Numbered from the stretch's first letter, positions 15,298 through 25,151 are shown. The stretch: 39,142 nucleotides of DNA from an uncultured Candidatus Saccharibacteria bacterium (GCA_964546415.1 CAZJJV010000001.1:1-39142), one strand, 5' to 3'. The notes: generated by a model from the letters alone, not told the origin. Translations and numbers: made by a program.

Positions 15298-16761
15298 ATG
15301 GCTACTATTGAAGAAATCAAAAAGGTAAGATTAAAAAAATTAGAGGCCTTAAAGAGGGCTCAAATTCTTCCTTATCCTGGAAAAACCAAAAGGACCCACA
15401 CAATAAAAGAAGCTTTGAAAAACTTTACTAAACTTTCTAGATCAAAAAAAGAAATAGTGCTAGCGGGTAGAATAAGATCTTTAAGAATCCATGGCGGAGC
15501 CAGTTTTTTTGATATTGAAGACGGAACCGGGAAAATCCAGGCTTTTTTAAGAAAAGATATGGTGGGGCCAAAAGCTTATCAGTTTTTTTTGGATCACTTT
15601 GATATTGGGGATTTTGTTGAAACAAGGGGCCTACTTTTTAAAACCAAAAGAGGAGAGAAGACAATTGGGGTGGCAGATTATAAAATGTTGGCTAAATCCC
15701 TTTTACCCTTACCTGAGAAATGGCATGGATTGAAAGACATTGAAGAAAGGTTTAGAAAAAGATATTTAGATTTGCTTTTTAATCCAGAAGTGAAGAGAAA
15801 ATTTGAAATAAGGGCCCAAACCTTAAAAGAAATTAGAAATTTTTTAAATAAAGAAGGATTTTTAGAGGTGGAAACCCCTATTTTGCAGCCTCTTTATGGA
15901 GGAGCAAGGGCGAGGCCTTTTAAAACCCACCTCAACGCCTTAGATATAGACCTATATTTAAGAATTGCCCCTGAACTTTATTTGAAGAGATTATTAGTAG
16001 GAGGGTTTGAAAAGGTGTATGAGATCGGAAAGTGTTTTCGTAATGAAGGAGTTGATCGCCAACACAATCCAGATTTTACTATGTTGGAATTTTATTGGGC
16101 TTATGCAGATTATAAAGATTTGATGAAACTAACAGAAAAAATGTTTGAATATCTGTTAAAGAAAATTTTTAAAAAAACAGAAATAGTTTATGAGGGCAAG
16201 AAAATTAACTTCAGGCCTCCTTGGCAAAGAATTGAATTTGATCAGCTTTTAAGGAAATATGCGGGCATCAACTATGAAGAAATTAACCTCTCTGCCTTAA
16301 AAGAAAAAGCAAAAAAATTGGGTTTGAAGGTAACTAAAAGGGCCACCAAGGTGGAGGTGGCTGATGAGATTGTGAAAAAGGTTTGTCGGCCCAAGATTTA
16401 CCAACCCACCTTTGTCATTCATTATCCAGCAGGTTTTCAAGCCCTAGCCAAGCCCTTAGATAAGAACCCTCAAAAACTGGCTAATTTTCAATTAATTGTG
16501 GCTGGTTTTGAATTAATTAACGCCTTTTCAGAATTGAATGATCCTATAGAGCAAAGGAAGAGATTAAAAGAACAAGAAAAGTTATATGTGGAAGGAATAA
16601 AAGAAGCCCAAAGATTAGATGAGGATTTCTTAGAAGCCCTAGAATATGGAATGCCCCCGGCTGCTGGTTTTGGAATGGGAATTGATAGATTGGTAGCCAT
16701 CTTAACTAATTCTCACAGTTTAAGAGAGGTAATCCTATTTCCAACAATGCGAAAAAAATAA
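15298..16761 (+). CDS. lysS: lysine--tRNA ligase, class II
   Basis: OB-fold N-domain, then FLEVETPILQ, YLRIAPELYLKRLLVGGFEKVYEIGKCFRNEG, NPDFTMLEFYWAY and GFGMGIDRLVAILT. Confidence 0.95.
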   Translation: MATIEEIKKVRLKKLEALKRAQILPYPGKTKRTHTIKEALKNFTKLSRSKKEIVLAGRIRSLRIHGGASFFDIEDGTGKIQAFLRKDMVGPKAYQFFLDHFDIGDFVETRGLLFKTKRGEKTIGVADYKMLAKSLLPLPEKWHGLKDIEERFRKRYLDLLFNPEVKRKFEIRAQTLKEIRNFLNKEGFLEVETPILQPLYGGARARPFKTHLNALDIDLYLRIAPELYLKRLLVGGFEKVYEIGKCFRNEGVDRQHNPDFTMLEFYWAYADYKDLMKLTEKMFEYLLKKIFKKTEIVYEGKKINFRPPWQRIEFDQLLRKYAGINYEEINLSALKEKAKKLGLKVTKRATKVEVADEIVKKVCRPKIYQPTFVIHYPAGFQALAKPLDKNPQKLANFQLIVAGFELINAFSELNDPIEQRKRLKEQEKLYVEGIKEAQRLDEDFLEALEYGMPPAAGFGMGIDRLVAILTNSHSLREVILFPTMRKK

Positions 16762-16765
16762 AAGA

Positions 16766-18124
16766 ATGCTCTTGGAAGAATTAAAAGATAAAAAAATTTT
16801 GATTTTGGGTTTGGGCAGAGAGGGCCTAGATACCTTTTTTTGTTTAAGAAAACTTTTTCCTAAAAAAATTTTAGGAATTGCAGATTCTAACGAGAAAGTG
16901 AAAGAAAAAATCAAAAAAAAAGAGAAAGTCAGGTGGCACCTAGGAAAAAATTATCTAAAAGCCCTTAAAAAATATGATTTAATTATAAAATCTCCTGGTA
17001 TTCCCATTCATCTTCCAGAAATAGAAAGGGCCTATCGGGAAAAAAGGATAACCTCCCAAACCGAGCTTTTTTTCAAAAATTGCCCGGCTAAAATTATTGG
17101 TATTACAGGCACCAAGGGGAAGGGAACAACCAGTTTTCTTTTAGAAAAAATTTTAAGAAAAGGAGGATACAAACCATTTTTAATAGGGAACATTGAAAGA
17201 CCGGCCCTGGGTTATCTTTTGAAAACCTACAAACTTGCCCTTTCTGATCCCAAGGTTTTATACATTTATGAGGTCTCTAGCCATCAACTTTACAAACTTA
17301 AAAGATCTCCCCAGATAGCAATTTTTTTAAATTTGTATCCTGCCCACTTGGATTTTTTCAAAAGTTTTAAAGAATATATTTTAGCCAAAACCAATATTTG
17401 TCGCTACCAAAAAAGTTCCGATATTTTAATTTATAACGATAAAGATCCGCTAATTAAAAAAATTATAAAAAAATCTCCAGCAAAGAAAATTCCTATTTCT
17501 TCTGCTTTACCATATTCCAAAAAAATTCCTCAAAGTCCCACCATAGTTCATCCTACAATTTTAAAGGCTGTTTTCTTGACAGCCAAACTTTTAAATGTTC
17601 CCCAAAAAATAATTTTTGAGACAATAAAAAAATTTAAAGGATTACCTCATCGCTTAGAATTTGTGGGAGAATTTAAAAAAATAAAATTTTATAACGATTC
17701 TTTAGCCACCATTCCCCAAAGCACCATTTTTGCTATAAAAGCCTTGGCTAAAAATCTTCAGACCATCTTTTTGGGAGGATCGGAAAATTATACTGAGGTG
17801 GAAGAGTTGGCAGAAAAGATTTTAAAAAGCCAGATTAAAAACATTATCTTTTTTCCTGATACTGGAGAAAAGATTTATCAAAAAATCATTGAAACAGCAG
17901 AAAGAAGATCTAATTTTAAAAAGAGAATTAAAAAAATAAAATTTTTCTTTGTGGATAATATGAAAGATGCTGTGAAAATCGCTTATCAAAACACAGAAAA
18001 AGGCAAGGCCTGTCTTCTTTCTCCCGCTTACCCAAGCTTTAGTCTTTTTAGGGATTATAAAGAGAGAGGAAAATTATTTAAAAAATACGTGAAACTTTAT
18101 GCCAAAAAGAAAAAAATATCCTGA
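16766..18124 (+). CDS. murD: UDP-N-acetylmuramoylalanine--D-glutamate ligase MurD
   Basis: ILILGLGREG (Rossmann N-domain), GITGTKGKGTTS P-loop, HRLEFVGE, and its position ahead of ftsW-murG. Confidence 0.9.
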   Translation: MLLEELKDKKILILGLGREGLDTFFCLRKLFPKKILGIADSNEKVKEKIKKKEKVRWHLGKNYLKALKKYDLIIKSPGIPIHLPEIERAYREKRITSQTELFFKNCPAKIIGITGTKGKGTTSFLLEKILRKGGYKPFLIGNIERPALGYLLKTYKLALSDPKVLYIYEVSSHQLYKLKRSPQIAIFLNLYPAHLDFFKSFKEYILAKTNICRYQKSSDILIYNDKDPLIKKIIKKSPAKKIPISSALPYSKKIPQSPTIVHPTILKAVFLTAKLLNVPQKIIFETIKKFKGLPHRLEFVGEFKKIKFYNDSLATIPQSTIFAIKALAKNLQTIFLGGSENYTEVEELAEKILKSQIKNIIFFPDTGEKIYQKIIETAERRSNFKKRIKKIKFFFVDNMKDAVKIAYQNTEKGKACLLSPAYPSFSLFRDYKERGKLFKKYVKLYAKKKKIS

Positions 18125-19229
18125 TTTTGGATTGGTAGCCATTTTAGGAATCCTCATTCTTTTGGGAGTTTTGGTTTTGGCTAGTGTTTCTGCCCCTTTT
18201 TCTTTAGAAAGATTTGGCGTCCCCTTTTATTTTTTACAACGCCAACTTCTTTTGGGTTTAGCACCTGGCCTGGTTTTAGCCCTTTTAATCTCAAGAATTC
18301 CTTTAGAATTAATTAAAAAATGGAGCCCCAAGATTTTTTTACTGAACCTAATTTTTTTGATAATGGTTTTTTTGCCCGGGCTCGGAATAAGAGCAGGGGG
18401 AGCAACCCGTTGGGTCAACCTGGGGTTTATTTCTTTTCAGCCAGCCGAGTTTCTCAAATTGAGCTTCATTCTTTATTTAGCCTCTTGGTTGGCCCAACGC
18501 ACCTCTAGTGAAAAAATCAAACCCTATCAACAAAAAAAACATTTAGCCCAAACCTTGGCTGCTTTTATAATAATAATGGGGTTAATTTCAGTTTGTTTAA
18601 TCCGCCAACCCAATATTAGTACCCTGGGTATTATTTTTGCTACCGGAGGTTTAATGTATTTTTTGGCTGGCACCCCTCTCTGGCATAGTTTTTTAGTATT
18701 TTTTATAGGACTATTGGGTCTTTTGGGTCTTATTAAATTTGCCCCCTATCGGATGGCTCGATTTCTGGTGTTTTTAAATCCGGAGGTAGATCCAATGGGG
18801 ATAGGTTATCAATTAAAACAGGCCTCAATTGCTATTGGTTCAGGGGGGATTTTTGGATTGGGTTTAGGGACTATGTCGGGCCAAAAATTTGGTTTGCTTC
18901 CCCAAACAATTTCTGACTCGATTTTTGCCATTTTTGCTGAAGAGGCAGGGTTTTTTGGATGTTTAATTTTGATTTCTTTGTTTTTGCTTTTTTTCTGGCG
19001 CGTCTTTAAAATCAGTAAAAATAACCCCGATAAATTTTCTCAATTGGTAGGCTTGGGAATCGGAATCTGGATTTCTCTTCAAAGTTTTGTTAATATAGGA
19101 GCAATGATTGGCGTTTTCCCCTTAACTGGAATTCCTTTACCTTTTGTCAGTTATGGAAGTTCTCACTTGTTGGCTGAGTTAATGGCTGTAGGGATATTAT
19201 TAAACATTTCTAAAAAAACAAAACTATGA
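18099..19229 (+). CDS. ftsW: FtsW/RodA/SpoVE-family peptidoglycan polymerase (SEDS protein)
   Basis: About 10 TM segments. GGATRWVNLGFISFQPAEFLKL, LPQTISDSIFAIFAEEAGFFG and GIPLPFVSYGSS. Confidence 0.9.
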   Translation: MPKRKKYPDFGLVAILGILILLGVLVLASVSAPFSLERFGVPFYFLQRQLLLGLAPGLVLALLISRIPLELIKKWSPKIFLLNLIFLIMVFLPGLGIRAGGATRWVNLGFISFQPAEFLKLSFILYLASWLAQRTSSEKIKPYQQKKHLAQTLAAFIIIMGLISVCLIRQPNISTLGIIFATGGLMYFLAGTPLWHSFLVFFIGLLGLLGLIKFAPYRMARFLVFLNPEVDPMGIGYQLKQASIAIGSGGIFGLGLGTMSGQKFGLLPQTISDSIFAIFAEEAGFFGCLILISLFLLFFWRVFKISKNNPDKFSQLVGLGIGIWISLQSFVNIGAMIGVFPLTGIPLPFVSYGSSHLLAELMAVGILLNISKKTKL

Positions 19230-20359
19230 AGGTTTTATTTACCGGAGGTGGCACTGGAGGACATATCTTTCCCATCTTGGCAGTAGCCCGAGAGTTAAGG
19301 CTGGCCTGGACCAGGCCAGAACCCTTAGAATTGTTTTATTTGGGGCCAGAGGATGATTTTGCTGAAACCTTGCTTTCCCAAGAAGGAATTAAAGTAAAGT
19401 CAATTTGGGCAGGTAAGATAAGGCGTTATCTGAATATTTCAAGTTTGATTTTAAACTTTATTGATCTTTTAAAGTTGCCTATAGGATTTTTACAATCTTT
19501 CTTTTATATTTTCTTTTGGGCCCCTGATGCAATTTTTAGCAAGGGCGGGTATGGGTCTTTTCCACCAGTGCTAGCAGGCTGGCTATTGGGGGTGCCCATT
19601 TTTCTTCATGAATCGGATATAGCCCCTGGTTTAGCCAATAAAATATTGTCAAAGTTTGCGGTAGATATATTTGTCTCTTTTCCTAAAACAGAATATTTTT
19701 CTCCTAAAAAAATAATTGTGGTTGGCAATCCTATTCGGCCCGGAATTTGGGAAGGATCAAAAGAGGTTGCCAAGGAATTATTTGAGATTTCTGGAGAAAA
19801 ACCGGTAATTTTAATACTGGGCGGATCTCAGGGCGCTCAGCGCATTAACGATTTAATTTTAACTATTTTACCTGAGTTTTTAAAAGAGTTCGAAATCATT
19901 CATCAAGTAGGGGAGAGAAACTTTAAAGAAGTAGAAAGGGAGGTAGCAGTTATCTTGCCCGAAGAATTAAAAAAGTATTATCATTTTTACCCCCTCTTAA
20001 GAGAGATTGAATTAAAACACGCCTATCAGGCGGCTGATTTGATAGTGGCTCGGGCAGGTTCTGGTACCATTTTTGAAATTGCGGCTGCCGCCAAACCAAG
20101 CATTTTAATTCCTTTGCCTGAATCAGCCCAAGGTCATCAGATTAAAAACGCCTACGCTTATGCTCAAACAGGAGCAGCAATTGTAATAGAAGAGGAGAAT
20201 TTTACACCCCGCTTTTTCTTGGAAAAAATTCGCTATCTTTTTTCTCGACCTGATTTTTTAACCGAAATGTCAGAAAGAGCTAAGGAATTTTCTTGTCCTC
20301 GAGCAGGTAGAATAATTGCTGAATATCTTTTAGATTATCTTTCTTTTCAAGGGTTTTAG
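19226..20359 (+). CDS. murG: undecaprenyldiphospho-muramoylpentapeptide beta-N-acetylglucosaminyltransferase MurG
   Basis: FTGGGTGGHIFPILAVAREL, ILGGSQGAQRIN, ARAGSGTIFEIAA and HQIKNA. ATGA overlap with ftsW. Confidence 0.9.
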   Translation: MKVLFTGGGTGGHIFPILAVARELRLAWTRPEPLELFYLGPEDDFAETLLSQEGIKVKSIWAGKIRRYLNISSLILNFIDLLKLPIGFLQSFFYIFFWAPDAIFSKGGYGSFPPVLAGWLLGVPIFLHESDIAPGLANKILSKFAVDIFVSFPKTEYFSPKKIIVVGNPIRPGIWEGSKEVAKELFEISGEKPVILILGGSQGAQRINDLILTILPEFLKEFEIIHQVGERNFKEVEREVAVILPEELKKYYHFYPLLREIELKHAYQAADLIVARAGSGTIFEIAAAAKPSILIPLPESAQGHQIKNAYAYAQTGAAIVIEEENFTPRFFLEKIRYLFSRPDFLTEMSERAKEFSCPRAGRIIAEYLLDYLSFQGF

Positions 20360-20382
20360 CCCTCATATTTTCTTTATTTTTA

Positions 20383-20391
20383 TGTTACAAT
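20383..20391 (+). promoter_or_regulatory. extended -10-like element TGTTACAAT, 15 nt upstream of the gltX ATG
   Basis: Read directly. It belongs to the recurring TGnTAnAAn pattern seen upstream of several operon-leading genes in this window. Confidence 0.3.
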
Positions 20392-20406
20392 AATCTAGGG
20401 AATCTT

Positions 20407-21993
20407 ATGGACAAAGAAGATTTTAAGTTTATGAAGCCCGGTGAGGTGAGGGTGAGAATTGCTCCTTCGCCAACGGGATTTATGCATGTGGGCTTGGCTA
20501 GGACCGCCCTTTTTAATTATCTTTTTGCCAAAAAACATAATGGGGTTTTTGTTTTGAGGATTGAAGATACAGACGCAGAAAGATCAGATCCAAAATTTGA
20601 GAAAGACATTACAGAGACCCTAAAATGGTTAGGAGTTGAATGGGATGAGGGGCCAGATATTGGGGGACCCTATGGGCCATATCGTCAGTCAGAAAGAGGA
20701 GAAATTTATAAAAAATATTTAGAAAATTTAATAAAGGAAGGGAAGGCTTATTATTGTTTTTGCTCTGAAGAAGAGTTGGAGAGTCAAAGACAATATTTCC
20801 TTTCTATCGGCCAACCTCCTATTTATAATGGGAAGTGCCGTAATTTAGACGAAAAAACGGTAAAAAAATACCTAAAGGAAGGGAAGAAAGCGATTATAAG
20901 ATTTAAAACCCCAACAAAGAAGATAAAATTTAATGATCTAGTGAAGGGAGAGATTGAATTTGACACTTCTCTCATTGGAGATTTTTCTATTGCCAAAGAT
21001 TTAACCTCTCCTCTTTATAATTTTGCAGTAGTAATAGATGATTTTGAGATGAAAATCTCCCATGTTTTAAGAGGAGAAGAGCATATCTCTAATACTCCAA
21101 AACAAATCCTTTTACAGGAAGCCTTAGGCTTTCCAAGCCCTCAGTACGGACATCTACCTTTGATTTTAGGACCCGATCGTTCAAAACTAAGCAAGAGGCA
21201 TGGAGCGGTGGCGGTATCTGAATACAAAAGACAAGGATATTTACCAGAAGCCATTATTAATTTCATTGCCTTTTTGGGCTGGAATCCAGGGACCGAGAGA
21301 GAGATTTATTCTTTGCCTGCCCTAATCAAGGATTTTTCAATTGAAAGGATTCAAAAATCTGGGGCTGTCTTTAATATCAAAAGATTAGATTTTTTAAATG
21401 GTTTTTATATTCGGCAAAAACCCACAGATAAATTAACCCAACTATGCCTCCCTTATTTAATAGAAAAAAAATTAATAGAGAGGGTTTCTGAAACTTCAGA
21501 AAAATTTAAGATAATAGAAACCAGAGAAATAGTGGATATTAATTATTTAGAAAAGATAGTCAAAATTTATCAAGAAAGATTAAAAAAGCTTTCAGAATTA
21601 CCAGAATTGACAGACTTTTTCTTTAAAGAAAAATTAGAGTTTGATAAAAATCTACTTAAATGGAGAAATATGACAGATAAAGAAGTTAAACAAGCCCTTG
21701 ACAAATTAGAAAAAGTATTGTCTAAAATTAAAGAAAACTTATGGAACAGAGAATATCTGGAAAAGGTTCTTTTGGAAGAAGCTGAGAATTTTGTTAGGGA
21801 AATAGGTAGAGTAGGGGAGTTGGCTTCTGGAAAAACAGAGCCTGTAAAAAGAATAGATAGGGGATATTTTTTATGGCCCCTAAGGGTGGCCCTAAGTGGT
21901 AAGGAGGCTTCAGCCGGACCTTTTGAGATTGCTGAGATTTTGGGAAAAGAGAAAACCTTAAAAAGGATTAAAGAAGCAAAAAAGAAACTATGA
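20407..21993 (+). CDS. gltX: glutamate--tRNA ligase
   Basis: RIAPSPTGFMHVGLARTALFNYLFAKKH (HIGH region), VLRIEDTD and KLSKRHG (KMSKS). Confidence 0.95.
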   Translation: MDKEDFKFMKPGEVRVRIAPSPTGFMHVGLARTALFNYLFAKKHNGVFVLRIEDTDAERSDPKFEKDITETLKWLGVEWDEGPDIGGPYGPYRQSERGEIYKKYLENLIKEGKAYYCFCSEEELESQRQYFLSIGQPPIYNGKCRNLDEKTVKKYLKEGKKAIIRFKTPTKKIKFNDLVKGEIEFDTSLIGDFSIAKDLTSPLYNFAVVIDDFEMKISHVLRGEEHISNTPKQILLQEALGFPSPQYGHLPLILGPDRSKLSKRHGAVAVSEYKRQGYLPEAIINFIAFLGWNPGTEREIYSLPALIKDFSIERIQKSGAVFNIKRLDFLNGFYIRQKPTDKLTQLCLPYLIEKKLIERVSETSEKFKIIETREIVDINYLEKIVKIYQERLKKLSELPELTDFFFKEKLEFDKNLLKWRNMTDKEVKQALDKLEKVLSKIKENLWNREYLEKVLLEEAENFVREIGRVGELASGKTEPVKRIDRGYFLWPLRVALSGKEASAGPFEIAEILGKEKTLKRIKEAKKKL

Positions 21994-22376
21994 TCAACAA
22001 AACCATTTTTGCTCTATCTTTTTTAATTATTTTTTTAAGCCCTGTTTTTTGTTTTGCTCAAGAACTTTCTATGATTAGACCACCTCAAACCTTAGAGGAG
22101 TCCTGGGGTTGGATAAAAAGCTTTTTAAATGATATTCCTTTTTTAATAAAGGATCTTTGGCAAAAAGAGGTTTGGCCAGCCATCTTTAAAGTTTTAAATT
22201 GGCTAAAAGTGAAAATATGGGATAACTTTTTGGAGCCTTATTTGAAAACCCATTTTCAAAAAAAAGTTCCTCAAATCGAAAAAGAGTTTCAGAAAGAAAA
22301 AGAAGAGATAAGAAAAGAAATTCCCAAAGTAAAAGAATCCTTTTGGCAGAAATTTAAAAAACTGTTTAGTTTTTAG
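21990..22376 (+). CDS. hypothetical small secreted Trp-rich protein (signal peptide plus Lys/Glu-rich tail)
   Basis: ATGA overlap with gltX. Signal-like N-terminus MINKTIFALSFLIIFLSPVFCFA. No recognisable family. Confidence 0.5.
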   Translation: MINKTIFALSFLIIFLSPVFCFAQELSMIRPPQTLEESWGWIKSFLNDIPFLIKDLWQKEVWPAIFKVLNWLKVKIWDNFLEPYLKTHFQKKVPQIEKEFQKEKEEIRKEIPKVKESFWQKFKKLFSF

Positions 22377-22512
22377 CGGGGGAAAGGACTTTTTGGCTTG
22401 ACAAAGCGTTTTGGTTTGTTATTTTTAAAGTAGAAGTAACTTCGCATAATGTACCTTTATCGTAGTAAAATAAGGCCCTTAAATTAATCTTTTTGGACCC
22501 CTCCCCTGAATT

Positions 22513-23463
22513 ATGAAAAAAGATTCTAGACCCATCATTTCCCATATTGACGATTTTTTAGAATATTTAGATGTGGAAAGAGGTCTGTCAGTAAGATCTC
22601 AACAGACCTATAGAAGATTTTTAAAAAAATTTGAAGATTGGCTCAAAAAAAACAATCTTGAAAATCTTTTACCCCACCAACTTTCTGAAGATCATATAAG
22701 AAAGTATCGTTTCTTTCTTTCCCAAAGTTTTAACAGGGCCACTAAAGAACCAATCAAAAGATCTACTCAAAATTACTACCTTATTGCTTTAAGGAATTTT
22801 TTGAATTATTTTGCTGAAAGAGGAATTTTGTCTTTGCCAGCCGAAAAAATTAAACTGGTAAAACAAAAAGAAAGAGTGATTAAATTTCTGGACCTAGAAC
22901 AAATTGAAAAACTTTTGGCTGCTCCTAATCCAGAAAGCATTGTGGGTTTGAGAGATAAGGCCATTTTAGAAGTTTTCTTTTCTACCGGATTGCGGGTTTC
23001 AGAATTAGTAGCCCTTGACCGTCGTCAGTTCGTTAATCTTCAAAATAAAAAAGATTTAGAATTAGGAATCGTTGGTAAGGGCGGCAGACCCCGAACTGTT
23101 TATTTTTCAGAAAGGGCTTTATATTGGTTGAAAAAATATTTAGAAGCCAGAAAAGATAAAGAAAAAGCCCTTTTTATTAGTTATAAAGGGCCCAAAAATA
23201 AGGCTGGAAAGAGGTTGACGGTTCGGGCAGTAGAATTATTGGTCAAAAAATATGCTGTTTTGGCTGGCTGTCCCATCACTACTACACCTCATACTATTCG
23301 CCATAGTTTTGCCACCGACCTCTTAAAGAAAGGTGTAGATGTGAGAATTGTCCAAGAGTTTTTGGGCCACAAAAACATCTCCACTACTCAAATCTATACC
23401 CATGTCACCAGGCCTCAATTAAGAGAAATTCATAGAAAATATCACGGATTTACTAAAAAATAG
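22513..23463 (+). CDS. tyrosine site-specific recombinase, XerC/XerD family
   Basis: N-terminal SAM-like domain. Catalytic region GLRVSELVAL, HTIRHSFATDLLKKGVDVRIVQEFLGHKNISTTQIYTHV (R..HxxR..H..Y). Confidence 0.9.
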   Translation: MKKDSRPIISHIDDFLEYLDVERGLSVRSQQTYRRFLKKFEDWLKKNNLENLLPHQLSEDHIRKYRFFLSQSFNRATKEPIKRSTQNYYLIALRNFLNYFAERGILSLPAEKIKLVKQKERVIKFLDLEQIEKLLAAPNPESIVGLRDKAILEVFFSTGLRVSELVALDRRQFVNLQNKKDLELGIVGKGGRPRTVYFSERALYWLKKYLEARKDKEKALFISYKGPKNKAGKRLTVRAVELLVKKYAVLAGCPITTTPHTIRHSFATDLLKKGVDVRIVQEFLGHKNISTTQIYTHVTRPQLREIHRKYHGFTKK

Positions 23464-23466
23464 GAA

Positions 23467-24177
23467 TCAGGCTCCCAACCTCCTTTCTCTCTGGGAGTAG
23501 CTTTTGAGAGCCTTTATAAATTCTTGAGGAGAAAAATCTGGGAAAAGGGTTTTGGTGAAATACCACTGGGAATAAGCGGTCTCCCACATCATAAAACCAG
23601 CCGAATTATGAGGATCATTTTCACAACCTGTCCTAATTATTAAATCTACCGGTGGTAAATCTTTAGTCCAAAGATGTTCTTTAATTGTTTGGGGAGTAAT
23701 TTTTTGGGGAGGAATTTTCTTTTTAATGATATTTTTAATGCAATCTATCATCTCGTCTCTACCATCATAAGCCAAAAGAAAGGTAAGATGATGTTTTTGA
23801 TAGTTTTTGGTAAGTTTTGTGACTTCTTTGATTAGTTTTTTAGTATTAGATGGCAAAATTTTTGACCAGCGGCCAATTATTCTAACCCTTACTTTGTGTT
23901 GGTGAACCCTTTTTTCTTTTAAGATTTTTTTTAAACCTTGATTATAAACCTTGATTAAAAAATTGACTTCTCTTTTAGGTCTTTTGGTTAGATTATCCCA
24001 AGAACTTCCCCAAAAAGTAAAATAAGGAACTTTTAATTCCAGGGCTTTTTCTAAAATTTTTTCTAATGCCTTAAGACCCTCTTGATGGCCCAACCAAGGT
24101 GGGAGTTTTCTTCTCTTGGCCCACCGCCGGTTTCCATCAGGAATCAAAGCTATATGTTTGGGAAAAATTTCTTTCAT
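23467..24177 (-). CDS. uppS: isoprenyl transferase (cis-prenyltransferase, undecaprenyl-diphosphate synthase type)
   Basis: HIALIPDGNRRWAKRR, FTFWGSSWDN, LIIRTGCE and the C-terminal RERRLGA. Confidence 0.9.
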   Translation of the reverse strand: MKEIFPKHIALIPDGNRRWAKRRKLPPWLGHQEGLKALEKILEKALELKVPYFTFWGSSWDNLTKRPKREVNFLIKVYNQGLKKILKEKRVHQHKVRVRIIGRWSKILPSNTKKLIKEVTKLTKNYQKHHLTFLLAYDGRDEMIDCIKNIIKKKIPPQKITPQTIKEHLWTKDLPPVDLIIRTGCENDPHNSAGFMMWETAYSQWYFTKTLFPDFSPQEFIKALKSYSQRERRLGA

Positions 24178-25133
24178 AAAAGAAAATCAGATTCTACTTT
24201 TATTTTTTTAGGGAAAATCCAGGGAAAATAAAAACCAAAAAAATAAACCAATCTGGTGATGATCCTAGAGAAAATTATTTTTTTTAAAAAAAACCTTTTT
24301 AAGTCTTTTTGATATTTTAAAAAATCTGGAAAATTTTTCAAGCAAAGATTATTAGCCATTATTTGCCAAATAACCCCTCCTCCAGACCAAGGTTTAGTTA
24401 ACCCTAAAGCGTCGCCACAAAGAGTGATTTTTGGGTTTTTTAAAAAAACCATTCCTTGGGGCACAAAGGCAGATCTTAGATTTTTTAATTTGAGCCCTCT
24501 TTTTTTTAAAAATTCTTCAAAAAATTTTTTTGACTCCCCTATTCTTTCAATAATTCCATATTCTATTTTTTCTTTTCTTGGGATTTTCCAAATAAAACCA
24601 TTTCTGGTTGGCCAGGTTTCTACTGTTTCTTTATCAATTAAACCTTCTAAATCATTACTAAACCCTATAAAACCTTGAAAGGCTAATCTCAAAGAAGGGT
24701 TTTTTAATTTTAAATATTTTCGGGTTACAGAAAAAGGACCATCGGCTCCCAAGATCCTATCAAATTTCTTTTCTAATTCTCCAAAATCTTCTTTTTTTAT
24801 TTGAACGCCTAAAAGGATTTTAGCCCCTTCTTTTTTGGCTAAATGAAATAGGGTTTCGTCTAATTTTAAATGATTCATTACTAAAAACCTTTTAGAAAAT
24901 TGGAGAAAAATGGTCCTTTTGGGAAAATGGATTTTACAAAACCTTATTTGATTTTCAACCAATCCCCTACTCTCTGGAATGAATTCTAAAATTCTTTCAC
25001 TGAATAAACCAGAACAAACCTCTTTGCCAATTTTTTTCTTTTTCTCAAAAACCACAACCCCTTCTCCTTTTTGGGAGAGTTTCCAGGCTAAATATAATCC
25101 AGAGGTTCCTCCGCCAACGATGGCTACTTTCAT
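24174..25133 (-). CDS. FAD-dependent oxidoreductase of the geranylgeranyl-reductase type
   Basis: KVAIVGGGTSGLYLAWKL (dinucleotide-binding GxGxxG), KEVCSGLFS (Cys context of GGR), LGADGPFSVTR and CGDALGLTKPWSGGGV. ATGA overlap with uppS. Confidence 0.65.
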   Translation of the reverse strand: MKVAIVGGGTSGLYLAWKLSQKGEGVVVFEKKKKIGKEVCSGLFSERILEFIPESRGLVENQIRFCKIHFPKRTIFLQFSKRFLVMNHLKLDETLFHLAKKEGAKILLGVQIKKEDFGELEKKFDRILGADGPFSVTRKYLKLKNPSLRLAFQGFIGFSNDLEGLIDKETVETWPTRNGFIWKIPRKEKIEYGIIERIGESKKFFEEFLKKRGLKLKNLRSAFVPQGMVFLKNPKITLCGDALGLTKPWSGGGVIWQIMANNLCLKNFPDFLKYQKDLKRFFLKKIIFSRIITRLVYFFGFYFPWIFPKKIKVESDFLL

Positions 25134-25151
25134 AAATTTTTAATTAAACCA

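Noticed and set aside
22377-22512. Promoter TTGACA (22398-22403) with a 16-nt spacer and TGT-TATTTT, or an RNA gene, in the 136-nt spacer before the recombinase gene
   Set aside because: The -35 is perfect but the -10 is weak and would leave a leader of about 80 nt, unlike the other candidates. No cloverleaf or conserved RNA motif was found. Support is too weak to list as a feature.
22513-23463. Tyrosine recombinase as a marker of an integrated mobile element
   Set aside because: Its length and motifs fit housekeeping XerC/XerD. It is not adjacent to the tRNA, I saw no flanking direct repeats, and its neighbours are core genes (gltX, uppS).
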